Below are positions 56,365 to 64,000 of a stretch of DNA of 64,000 bases, one piece after another. The notes under the pieces are model-generated. The model was not told the DNA's origin and did not search any database. It saw only the letters and a list, made by a program, of their open reading frames with translations. The first letter of the stretch is position 1. Every line of letters begins with the position of its first letter. A program made the translations under genes and the position numbers. Source of the DNA: Bryobacterales bacterium (lineage in GTDB: Bacteria > Acidobacteriota > Terriglobia > Bryobacterales > UBA6623); contig JAPPMB010000041.1 in NCBI GenBank assembly GCA_028819255.1, forward strand, positions 33,575-97,574, in the 5' to 3' direction.

Positions 56365-57810
56365 TCAGGGCGCGGCCAGCCGGTCACCAGTCTCCCTCAT
56401 CCTGGCTGCCAGGCGGCCGCTCAGCCTCTCCTTCGCGGCTCGCGCCCTGGGATGGAAGATCAGGTTGGTGGTTTCTTCGGGATCGGCCGCGAGGTCGTAG
56501 AGCTCGTCGCGCTCCGGATTGAGGAAGTCCCGGACAAGCTTCCACCGCGGGGTCCGCAGCATCCGCATGTGCGTCCGGGACTGGTGGTGGGTGGAGTACT
56601 CGCCGTAGAGCTCGTCATCCCACGTCTCCGCGGTCCCGAGGAGCAGGGGCACCAGGTTGCGGCCCCGCACCACGGCGCCTGCCGGAACCTCCGCCCCTGC
56701 GATCGAGACGAGCGTGGGAAACCAGTCGAGGTTCGAGACGGTGCGCTCGATCACCGTTCCGGGCTCGATCCTGCCGGGCCACACGACCGCGGTCGGCACC
56801 CGAATCGAGCGGTCCCACATGTTGGGCCGCTGGCCGTCCGGAATGTTCGCCGTTGCCGGCGGATTGCGGGTCATGACGTAGTGCCCGTTCCCCTTGTGCC
56901 AGACGCCGGACTGCCCCATGTTGTAGCCGTGGTCGCTCGTGTACACGATCACCGTGGACCCTGCGAGGCCCAGCTTCTCCAGCCTGGCGAGCACCCGGGC
57001 CAAATTCCGGTCGACGCTCTTGGTGCTGGCCAGATACTCCCTGGTCATGCGCCGGACCCGGTCCGCGTCGAGATACGGGAACTCCGGGTTCGGAATGATC
57101 GGATGCAGGCCGTCGAAGGGAGCCCAGTCCTCGGGCGCGACCGGCAGCCAGCGCGTGTGCGGCGCTCGATAGTGGAGGGACAGAAGGAACGGCCCGGCCC
57201 GCCCGCGATCGAGAAACTCGAGGGCCTCGTCCGTCAGGATGTCGGCTGTCAGCCCCTCGTACTGGCGGTCCTTCCCGTCCTTCTCCAGCACAGGGTCGGC
57301 CGTTCTCGTGCCGCCCCCGCGGAATCCCATGAAGTGTCCGTAGCCGTGCCTCGTGGGGTGATGCTCGTCGAGCAGGCCCAGGTGCCACTTGCCGACGAGT
57401 CCGGTCCGGTATCCGGCGGCCTGCAGCAGCTCGGGCCAGGTCACGGCGTCGGGCTTGAGTCCGTGCAGCCGCTCCCGTCTCGGATTGAGCCAGTCCGTGA
57501 GGCCCAGCTCGCTGCCGTACCGGCTGGTTATCAGGCTGGTCCGGGACGGCGTGCACACGGGTGTGACGGTGAACGAGTTCGGCAGGTGTGCGCCGCTGCG
57601 GAACAGCTTGTCCATGTTCGGCGTCGAGGCGTGCGGGTGGCCGGAGAGGCCAAGCGCCCAGCCCGCCTGATCGTCCGTGTAGACGAAAAGAATGTTGGGC
57701 TGGGCGCCGGACGCCAGAGGCGCGAGAAGAGCAGCGAGGAGGAGGAGCCTGAGCACGGAGCCAGTGTATCCCGGAGGGTGGCGGGTCGGCGCTGCGGGTT
57801 GGGCTATCAT
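56365..57810 (-). CDS. sulfatase (formylglycine-dependent)
   Basis: NILFVYTDDQ, CTPSRTSLITSRY (CxPxR), GKWHLG, YTSDHG. I chose the start at MIAQPAA (57810) before the signal peptide VLRLLLLAALLAPLASGA. Confidence 0.85.
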   Translation of the reverse strand: MIAQPAAPTRHPPGYTGSVLRLLLLAALLAPLASGAQPNILFVYTDDQAGWALGLSGHPHASTPNMDKLFRSGAHLPNSFTVTPVCTPSRTSLITSRYGSELGLTDWLNPRRERLHGLKPDAVTWPELLQAAGYRTGLVGKWHLGLLDEHHPTRHGYGHFMGFRGGGTRTADPVLEKDGKDRQYEGLTADILTDEALEFLDRGRAGPFLLSLHYRAPHTRWLPVAPEDWAPFDGLHPIIPNPEFPYLDADRVRRMTREYLASTKSVDRNLARVLARLEKLGLAGSTVIVYTSDHGYNMGQSGVWHKGNGHYVMTRNPPATANIPDGQRPNMWDRSIRVPTAVVWPGRIEPGTVIERTVSNLDWFPTLVSIAGAEVPAGAVVRGRNLVPLLLGTAETWDDELYGEYSTHHQSRTHMRMLRTPRWKLVRDFLNPERDELYDLAADPEETTNLIFHPRARAAKERLSGRLAARMRETGDRLAAP

Positions 57811-57818
57811 GCATCTAT

Positions 57819-58223
57819 ATGCGACATCTTGCAATCCTCTCCGCAATACTCGCGGTCTCCATGGCGCTGGCGCCGTCATCGGCGTCCGCGGGCGAAAAGG
57901 CGCTTATGCACTGCTTCGCGTTCACGGTCATCGACGGGGCCACCGCCGCGGAATGGAAGGCCTTCACGGACGCGACGGACGAGCTGCCGGGCAAGATCGA
58001 AGGACTGGAGCGGGTCTGGTACGGGAAGCTGCGGCGGCCCTTGCGGCAGTTCGGACGCAACAGGGACGAGCCCAATCTGCGCCAGTGGGGCGTCTGCATG
58101 GAAATGAAGGACGAAGCTGCGCTCCAGGTCTACGCCGACCACGAAGCTCACACCGCATGGGTCAGCGTCTACGAGAAGGTCCGAGTTCCGGGAACGACCA
58201 CTTTCGACATCCTCGGCCAGTAA
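57819..58223 (+). CDS. Dabb (stress-responsive alpha/beta barrel) domain protein with signal peptide
   Basis: LMHCFAFTV...WKAFTDATDELPGKIEGL...ALQVYADHEAHTAW is the Dabb pattern. N-terminal AILSAILAVSMALAPSSASA. Confidence 0.65.
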   Translation: MRHLAILSAILAVSMALAPSSASAGEKALMHCFAFTVIDGATAAEWKAFTDATDELPGKIEGLERVWYGKLRRPLRQFGRNRDEPNLRQWGVCMEMKDEAALQVYADHEAHTAWVSVYEKVRVPGTTTFDILGQ

Positions 58224-58238
58224 GGCCCCTTCCCCGGC

Positions 58239-59132
58239 GTGATCCTGGTCGCGGGCGCGACGCCCCGGGTGCGCGACCTCGCCTGGGGCAGGGTCTACAG
58301 TTGTGTCCTGCCGGCTTCCCACCGGCCGGGATGGGCGCTCCTTTCCGATCCCCACATCGCCGAGAGCAAATCAGGCGAGTCCAATAAACAGCGGACCGCA
58401 GAAAGGCTGCGCCGGGTCGTCGCGGAGGTACTGGCCTCCGGGCCGCTCCCCAGCCTGGTGAACGGGGATCTGGCCTGGTCGCACGGAAGGGTCGAGGACT
58501 ACCGGCACTTCCTCGAGATCGTGCGACCGCTGGCAGCCGGCCCGGGACTGGTCCTGGGCGTGGGGAACCACGACCGTCGGAACAACCTTCTGGCAGTCCT
58601 TTGCGAGCCTCCGCTGCCGCCACGAGCCCGGCTGGTCGCAACGGTCGACCGGGGCCCATATCGCTTCGTCCTGCTTGACTCGCTCATCGATGCCGAGGAA
58701 GTGGGCGGCGAAATCGGTGCTCCCCAGCTCGAGTGGCTGGAGGAAGCCCTTTCCAGCACGCCCTCGCAGCGGACGTTGCTCCTCGTCCACCACCCGGGCA
58801 GGTCCAAGAGCAGGGGCTGCATCGACTTTGGCGCCCTGGTCGATGTCGCGGAGCGCCATCCGTGCGTGCAGGCAATCGTGACCGGCCACGAACACGAGTT
58901 CGCTCTGGGCGAACGGCGGGGCATCCATCGGATCGGACTGCCCGCGACGGCGTTCCCGTTTGAGCCGCGGGTTCCCATCGGATGGGTGGAAGCCGCGATG
59001 GGAAGCGCGGGCATCGACGTCCGGTTCCGCCATGCCGGGGCCACAAGCGAACACCGCCTGGGGTGGCGCCAGGGACGGCAGCCGTCGGGTGAGCGTCCGC
59101 GTGTTGATTCGCCGAGTCCCTTCCGCCTATGA
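58239..59132 (+). CDS. calcineurin-like metallophosphoesterase
   Basis: LLSDPH, NGDLAW, GVGNHD, LLVHHP, TGHEHEF: the five phosphoesterase motifs in order. Confidence 0.7.
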   Translation: MILVAGATPRVRDLAWGRVYSCVLPASHRPGWALLSDPHIAESKSGESNKQRTAERLRRVVAEVLASGPLPSLVNGDLAWSHGRVEDYRHFLEIVRPLAAGPGLVLGVGNHDRRNNLLAVLCEPPLPPRARLVATVDRGPYRFVLLDSLIDAEEVGGEIGAPQLEWLEEALSSTPSQRTLLLVHHPGRSKSRGCIDFGALVDVAERHPCVQAIVTGHEHEFALGERRGIHRIGLPATAFPFEPRVPIGWVEAAMGSAGIDVRFRHAGATSEHRLGWRQGRQPSGERPRVDSPSPFRL

Positions 59133-59155
59133 TGATGGGACTTCGGAGTTGTCCC

Positions 59156-60319
59156 ATGAAATCCCTACTCGTTCTAATCTTGGCCGCACTGGTTTGCGCG
59201 CCTCTGGCAGTCGCCCAGGAGACCCTGGAGATTCGCAACGTCGAAATCGATTCGCAGTCTCCGGAAGGCGCGGTGCTGACGCAAGCCGGCATCGCGGAGG
59301 AAGAGGCCGAGAGAATCGGCATTCTGGAAGGCTTCCTGAACGACTACCCGGAGAGCACGTACCTCGGCTACGTCCTGCTCCAGCTGCAGGGTCTCTACAC
59401 CCAGCAGCAGAACTGGGACCAGGCCGCCACGGTCGGCGAGCGCCTTGTGCAGTACGTCCCCGGCGATCTGGAGGTCCGACACAACCACAACCAGGCGCTG
59501 TTGAATTCGCAACAGTGGCCCGCGCTGCGGATGTCGCTCGCGGCAACCAAACCCCTCGCCGACAAGGATGCTTCGGCACCGCCCCCGGAGGACCCGACGG
59601 AGGACGAGGAAATGATCTACGAGAGCAGCGTCGACTACGCCAACGGCGTCATCCAGTACACCGAATGGGCGATCAACGTGGGGATCATACAGAGTCCGCC
59701 CGCCGAGCAAATTCAGTTCATGGACGCCCTCAAGGAGTTGTACCCGGAGAGCGCGTATCTCGAAGGCATCGACGCCAAGTACGTGCTGGCCTACCAGCAG
59801 CAGGGCGACATCGCGGGCATGGTCGGAGCTTTGGAAAGGGCACTCGCCAACAATCCCGGCAATTACGAGTACCTGTTCACGCTTGCCGAACTCGCGCTTG
59901 GGCAGCAGGACTACGAGACGGCAATCGCCCGCTCTGAGGAACTCATCACCTTCATGGAAGAGCAGCCCGCTCCGGAGGGCACCGCGGAAGAGGCGTGGGA
60001 GGCGACGAAGACGAGGTTCACCGCCCTAGGCCAGTTCCTGACCGGCAGCGCCCACTTTCAGAGGGGCGGGAACAACAACGCGTGGCGCACCTCTCGCCGG
60101 CACCTGCTGCAGTCGGTCGACGTGGTCAAGGCGGAGGGGGGCGAGCGGTACGGCATGCTGTCGTGGATGCTGGGGTTCTGCTACGTCAAGCTAGACATCG
60201 CGGGCGACAACATCCGGCAGGCAACGCATTGGATGGGCGAGGCCGCAAAGACCCCGGGGCCGATGCAGGCCCAGGCGGCACAGACGCTGGAGGCGATCCA
60301 GAAGGCAGCCAACGAGTGA
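59156..60319 (+). CDS. secreted TPR-like repeat protein
   Basis: Signal peptide MKSLLVLILAALVCAPLAVAQE. Helical repeats rich in A/L/Y/Q (e.g. YLFTLAELALGQQDYETAI). Confidence 0.55.
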   Translation: MKSLLVLILAALVCAPLAVAQETLEIRNVEIDSQSPEGAVLTQAGIAEEEAERIGILEGFLNDYPESTYLGYVLLQLQGLYTQQQNWDQAATVGERLVQYVPGDLEVRHNHNQALLNSQQWPALRMSLAATKPLADKDASAPPPEDPTEDEEMIYESSVDYANGVIQYTEWAINVGIIQSPPAEQIQFMDALKELYPESAYLEGIDAKYVLAYQQQGDIAGMVGALERALANNPGNYEYLFTLAELALGQQDYETAIARSEELITFMEEQPAPEGTAEEAWEATKTRFTALGQFLTGSAHFQRGGNNNAWRTSRRHLLQSVDVVKAEGGERYGMLSWMLGFCYVKLDIAGDNIRQATHWMGEAAKTPGPMQAQAAQTLEAIQKAANE

Positions 60320-60323
60320 ACGG

Positions 60324-61343
60324 TCAGGGCTGAGGCGGGGGCAGCGATTCGGCCGCCGTCGCCAGCGCCGCCTCCAGCCTTGCCGGCGCGCTCTCAATCA
60401 GGCGCAGCGCGAGGCAACGGACACGCTCTCGCACGGACTCGAGGGTCAGGTATTCGACAGGGGACTTTCCATCCACCCGGGCCAGCATCAGAAACGCCAG
60501 ATGCCGCACGCTTGCGGCCTCGAACCAGTCGAGCGCCTCGCTCGGCAGCATGCCCAGAGTCCAAGCGAACGTGACTCGGGCGAGCCGGAAGTACTGTGGC
60601 GAGAGATCGGGCCGCCGGAACGCCTTCAGGATCAGGTGGTTGAGCATGAAGCCCGCGTCGTAGCTCGGATCCCCGAAGTGCGCGCACTCGAAGTCGATGC
60701 AGACCAGGCCCCCCTCCCCGACGAGCACGTTCTTGGGACTCCAGTCGCCGTGGACCATGGCAACCTGCCGCCGGGACGACTCGGCGATCCATGCCTCGAC
60801 GGTCGGGCGGAGTCGCGGGTGGCGCAGTCCGACGGTGCGGTAGTAGGGATCCGTGCGCAGCTGGTCGAACGCCGTCGTGTCCGAGAACACATCGCGGAAC
60901 TCCCGCCGCCTCCAGGTGCCGCGGATGGCAAGACCGAGCGTGCCGCCGGCCAGCCGGGCCACGTCCGAACTGCACTCCCCGGCCAGCAGGCGGGTCTTCC
61001 AGGCCCGGGTGGCGCAGGGCGCCGCCCGCATCGCGTAGAGATACCGGGGCTCGTCGAGGAACAGGAGCTCGGGCACGCGCCCGCGCGGAAGCACCCGCGC
61101 AAGCGCCCGGATCGCCTCCCATTCCCGGAAGATCCGAGACCGGTCCGCGAACCACTCGTCGCGGACCCGCAAGCGCGGAATGGACTGCTTCAGCACAACA
61201 CGCCGCGGACCGTCCTCCACCAGCACCACGTTGTTCGACACACCGCCCCCAAGGGAGCGGGCGGTGGCGCCGCCGGAGACCTCGAGGCGTCCGGCGAGGT
61301 ATTCGCGGGCGTTGCCCTCGGCGAGTTCCCGAAGGCCGGCCAT
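60324..61343 (-). CDS. APH/choline-kinase-fold phosphotransferase
   Basis: Brenner motif MVHGDWSPKNVLV and IDFECAHFGDPSYDAG. The start ATG shares one base with the mlaD-like stop (TGATG). Confidence 0.75.
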   Translation of the reverse strand: MAGLRELAEGNAREYLAGRLEVSGGATARSLGGGVSNNVVLVEDGPRRVVLKQSIPRLRVRDEWFADRSRIFREWEAIRALARVLPRGRVPELLFLDEPRYLYAMRAAPCATRAWKTRLLAGECSSDVARLAGGTLGLAIRGTWRRREFRDVFSDTTAFDQLRTDPYYRTVGLRHPRLRPTVEAWIAESSRRQVAMVHGDWSPKNVLVGEGGLVCIDFECAHFGDPSYDAGFMLNHLILKAFRRPDLSPQYFRLARVTFAWTLGMLPSEALDWFEAASVRHLAFLMLARVDGKSPVEYLTLESVRERVRCLALRLIESAPARLEAALATAAESLPPPQP

Positions 61344-62335
61344 CAGCGTCCAGTTGGCTGCGACGCGGCTGTTGGCGGCACCTGGCGGTCAGGCTTCGGC
61401 CGGCTGCGAATGAGCGTCCAGGGGCGCTGCCGCAACTCCGCGCTCAGGGCCTCGATGTCTTCGGAGGCGTCGCGGAGGTTCTCGACGATCTCCTCGATCC
61501 CGGTCTCGTTCACGAGGATGAGCGCGCGCGCGTCGGCCAGCACGAGCCTGGTGTCCTTCAGCGTGGCCTCCAGTTCCGAGAGGCTGCTGTTGAGAGGCTC
61601 CCGCGTCTCCTCGACCGTGCGATGCACGGTCGCGACCGTCTCGTCCGCACTTTGCGCGAGCCGCCGGATCTCCTCGGTCATCGCGTCCACCCGCTTCAGC
61701 GTCTCGGTGAGCTGGGTCGTGATCCGGTCGATCTTCGGCGACTGGCTCTCGATGAGTTCCGAGCTGCTGTCGAGGAGCCTGGCGATGTTCCTCTGGTTGT
61801 CCTCCCCGCTGAGTTCCTGCAGATTGACCATCAGGCCGTGGATGCCGTCGGCGACCACGGTGAACTTGGCGTCCATCCGCTCCATGACCTGGACCGCAGT
61901 GTCGGCGACATCCGACACCTTGCGGGTCAGGTCCGAGAAGGTCAGCGACTCCGTGGACTCGACGACGCCGCCCGGCTCGATCCGCGGCGCCTGGATGGAC
62001 CCCGGCATGATCTCCAGATAGTTCTGTCCGAGCGCATTCAGGCTGGCGATCGTGGCGACCGATTCCTGGTTCAGGGGGATCTCGGCCCGCAGAGTGAACA
62101 CGACCTCGGTCCTGGTCATATCCTCGCTCCACGGACGCAGGACCTGCACCGTCCCGGCCTTGCGGCCGCCGAAGCGGACCACGTTGCCCTCGTCCAGGCC
62201 GCCGATGTAGGAGAAGTAGGTGCGGTACCTGGCGGTCTCGCCGGTCAGCTGGATGTTCGCAACGATCAGGAACGTCGTGACGAAGATCACCAGGGCGACG
62301 ATGACCAGCAGTCCGACCTTGGCTTCGTTGCTCAT
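61343..62335 (-). CDS. mlaD: MlaD/MCE-domain substrate-binding protein
   Basis: N-terminal TM VGLLVIVALVIFVTTFLIV, then MCE core YFSYIGGLDEGNVVRFGGRKAGTV. Long helical C-terminus. Confidence 0.75.
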   Translation of the reverse strand: MSNEAKVGLLVIVALVIFVTTFLIVANIQLTGETARYRTYFSYIGGLDEGNVVRFGGRKAGTVQVLRPWSEDMTRTEVVFTLRAEIPLNQESVATIASLNALGQNYLEIMPGSIQAPRIEPGGVVESTESLTFSDLTRKVSDVADTAVQVMERMDAKFTVVADGIHGLMVNLQELSGEDNQRNIARLLDSSSELIESQSPKIDRITTQLTETLKRVDAMTEEIRRLAQSADETVATVHRTVEETREPLNSSLSELEATLKDTRLVLADARALILVNETGIEEIVENLRDASEDIEALSAELRQRPWTLIRSRPKPDRQVPPTAASQPTGR

Positions 62336-63166
62336 CTAGAATCCCGTGATGTAGCTGTGCGCCGACTCGTCGTGCCGGTCTGGGATGCGCTGCACGAACT
62401 GCCTGATCCGGGGGTGAGTGTGCGTGAGAATCTCCTCACTTGTTCCCACTGCAAGAACCGTACCCTGATCCAGCATGCACATGCGGTCGGCGATCCTGAA
62501 TGCGCTCTCCATTTCGTGGGTGACGACAATGATCGTCATGCGGAAGGCCTCCTTCAGGCGCAGGATGAGTTCGTCGATGCCCGCAGCAATGATCGGGTCC
62601 AGCCCTGCCGAGGGCTCGTCGAAGAAAAGGATCTCGGGGTCCAGCGCAAGCGCGCGTGCCAGCGATGCCCGCTTCCGCATGCCGCCGGACAGCTGCGTCG
62701 GGTACAGGTCCTCGACTCCGCTGAGACCGACCTGCTGAAGCTTCATCTTCGTCATCAGGAGGATGGTGGACTCCGCCAAGTCGGTGTGCTCGCGCAACGG
62801 CAAAGCCACATTGTCGCCCACGGTCATGGAATTGAACATGGCCGCGCTTTGGAACGAGACACCCATCAGCCGCCGGACGCGCAGCAGCTCGTCGTTCGAC
62901 GCCGTCCCGATGTCCGTGCCGCTGACGTGTACGGTTCCGACCGACGGCTTCGCCAGGCCCTCGAGATGCCGGAGGAGCGTCGACTTGCCGCAGCCCGAAG
63001 GTCCGAGGATCACCATGGTCTCGCCCTTGTAGATGTCCAGGTCGACGTCCTCGAGGACCTTCCGGTCGCCGTATCGCACTCCGAGTCCGCGGACGGAGAT
63101 CAGGGGCTCGCCGCCCGTCTCGTGCGGTCGGCGCTGCTCAGGGGCCGTTTGTGTCGCCTCGCTCAT
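62336..63166 (-). CDS. mlaF: ABC transporter ATP-binding protein (MlaF-like)
   Basis: GPSGCGKST (Walker A), LSGGMRKRASLARAL (signature), ILFFDEPSAGLD (Walker B), VTHE. ATGA overlap with the permease stop. Confidence 0.85.
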   Translation of the reverse strand: MSEATQTAPEQRRPHETGGEPLISVRGLGVRYGDRKVLEDVDLDIYKGETMVILGPSGCGKSTLLRHLEGLAKPSVGTVHVSGTDIGTASNDELLRVRRLMGVSFQSAAMFNSMTVGDNVALPLREHTDLAESTILLMTKMKLQQVGLSGVEDLYPTQLSGGMRKRASLARALALDPEILFFDEPSAGLDPIIAAGIDELILRLKEAFRMTIIVVTHEMESAFRIADRMCMLDQGTVLAVGTSEEILTHTHPRIRQFVQRIPDRHDESAHSYITGF

Positions 63167-63987
63167 CGCCAGAAGAAGTAGAAGAAAGCCGTGCAGAGCA
63201 GGTCGGCAAGAATCACCAGAAAAATGGACTTGACCACGGCGCTGGTGGTGGAGCGGCCCACACCTTCGGGGCCGCCGGTGACGAGGAAACCCTCCAGACA
63301 GCCGACATGGACGATGATCGATCCGAACACGAGTGCCTTGACCAGCCCGCTGAGGATGTCGCGCATCAGCAGGATCTCCACCGTCCGCTGCAGGTACATC
63401 AGAAGCGTGATGTCGAGCGTGAAGTGGGCGAACACGCCACCGGCAAGGATCCCCGAGAAGACACCCATGACCGTCACGCAGGGCATCGTGACCAGCATGG
63501 CGAGGTACTTCGGAACGAGCACGAAGTCCAGGGGGTCCAGAGCCATCGCGCGGAGCGCGTCCACTTCCTCGGTGACGACCATGGTCGCCACCTCCGCGGA
63601 GATTGCGGACCCGGAGCGGCCGATCACGACGATGGCCGCGATCAACGGGCCCAGCTCCCGGGTCATGCTCGTGCCCACCAGATTGATGATCGCGTCCATC
63701 GCGCCGAACTTGCGCAGCTCGGCACCGGACTGCAAGGCCATGATCATCCCCGTCGCACCCGAGACCACACACAGCACAGGCAGGGACCGCACGCCGATCT
63801 CGGCCATCTGCTCCAGCGCGCGCTTCCAGCGCAGGCGCCGGCCGGCGAACGGGTTCACGCGCAGCGACAGCCGCAGGCCGTGCCAGAACTGGATCGCGAG
63901 AAGGCCCACGTACTCCACCTGGCGAATCGTGGCGCGGCCGACGGAGGCGACGAGACTCATGGGCTGCTCGAGATCGGACCCGCTCAC
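63163..63987 (-). CDS. mlaE: ABC transporter permease (MlaE-like)
   Basis: VRSLPVLCVVSGATGMIMALQ, GRSGSAISAEVATMVVTEEVDALRAMALDP: the MlaE family pattern. The start lies near the window end and could be further upstream. Confidence 0.75.
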   Translation of the reverse strand: MSGSDLEQPMSLVASVGRATIRQVEYVGLLAIQFWHGLRLSLRVNPFAGRRLRWKRALEQMAEIGVRSLPVLCVVSGATGMIMALQSGAELRKFGAMDAIINLVGTSMTRELGPLIAAIVVIGRSGSAISAEVATMVVTEEVDALRAMALDPLDFVLVPKYLAMLVTMPCVTVMGVFSGILAGGVFAHFTLDITLLMYLQRTVEILLMRDILSGLVKALVFGSIIVHVGCLEGFLVTGGPEGVGRSTTSAVVKSIFLVILADLLCTAFFYFFWR

Positions 63988-64000
63988 GCACTCAGGGCGT

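Noticed and set aside
1-64000. CRISPR arrays, rRNA/tRNA genes, transposases, integrases, reverse transcriptases and toxin-antitoxin pairs.
   Set aside because: I scanned intergenic regions and the ORF translations for regularly spaced repeats, DDE/tyrosine-recombinase motifs and YxDD boxes. None was found.

Overview
This is a 64-kb window of a very GC-rich bacterial chromosome. The gene content (PadR followed by a permease-prefix membrane protein, DUF3604/PHP secreted proteins, many Tat-signal oxidoreductases) suggests Acidobacteriota, but that is inference only. I support about 58 protein-coding genes. Most are housekeeping and tightly packed, often with ATGA start/stop overlaps: miaA, ribD-ribE, ftsY, uppP, ftsK, glmM, truA, ispA, xseB, gpmI, a his cluster (hisI-hisD-hisC-HAD-hisB-hisH-hisF, then hisA 2 kb further on) and an MlaE/F/D-like transporter. 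Accessory genes include two large paralogous secreted PHP/DUF3604-like proteins, sugar oxidoreductases with rhamnulokinase, a GMC oxidoreductase pair, TolC, a sulfatase, and an ECF sigma / anti-sigma / Spy-like triad. I recognised no rRNA, tRNA, CRISPR array, transposase or integrase. Many long ORFs in the track are alternate-frame artefacts of the high GC content. Two short islets stand out because their composition is clearly foreign. (1) Positions ~14.03-16.09 kb carry a single orphan 549-aa P-loop NTPase and are bracketed by an exact 10-bp direct repeat. (2) Positions ~41.04-42.64 kb carry a single NYN (PIN-like) nuclease with a long helical C-terminal extension, next to a frameshifted PD-(D/E)XK remnant. 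Both are cargo-only insertions with the footprint of single-gene defence or abortive-infection modules. They are my best candidates for an undescribed system. Function is not proven from sequence alone.
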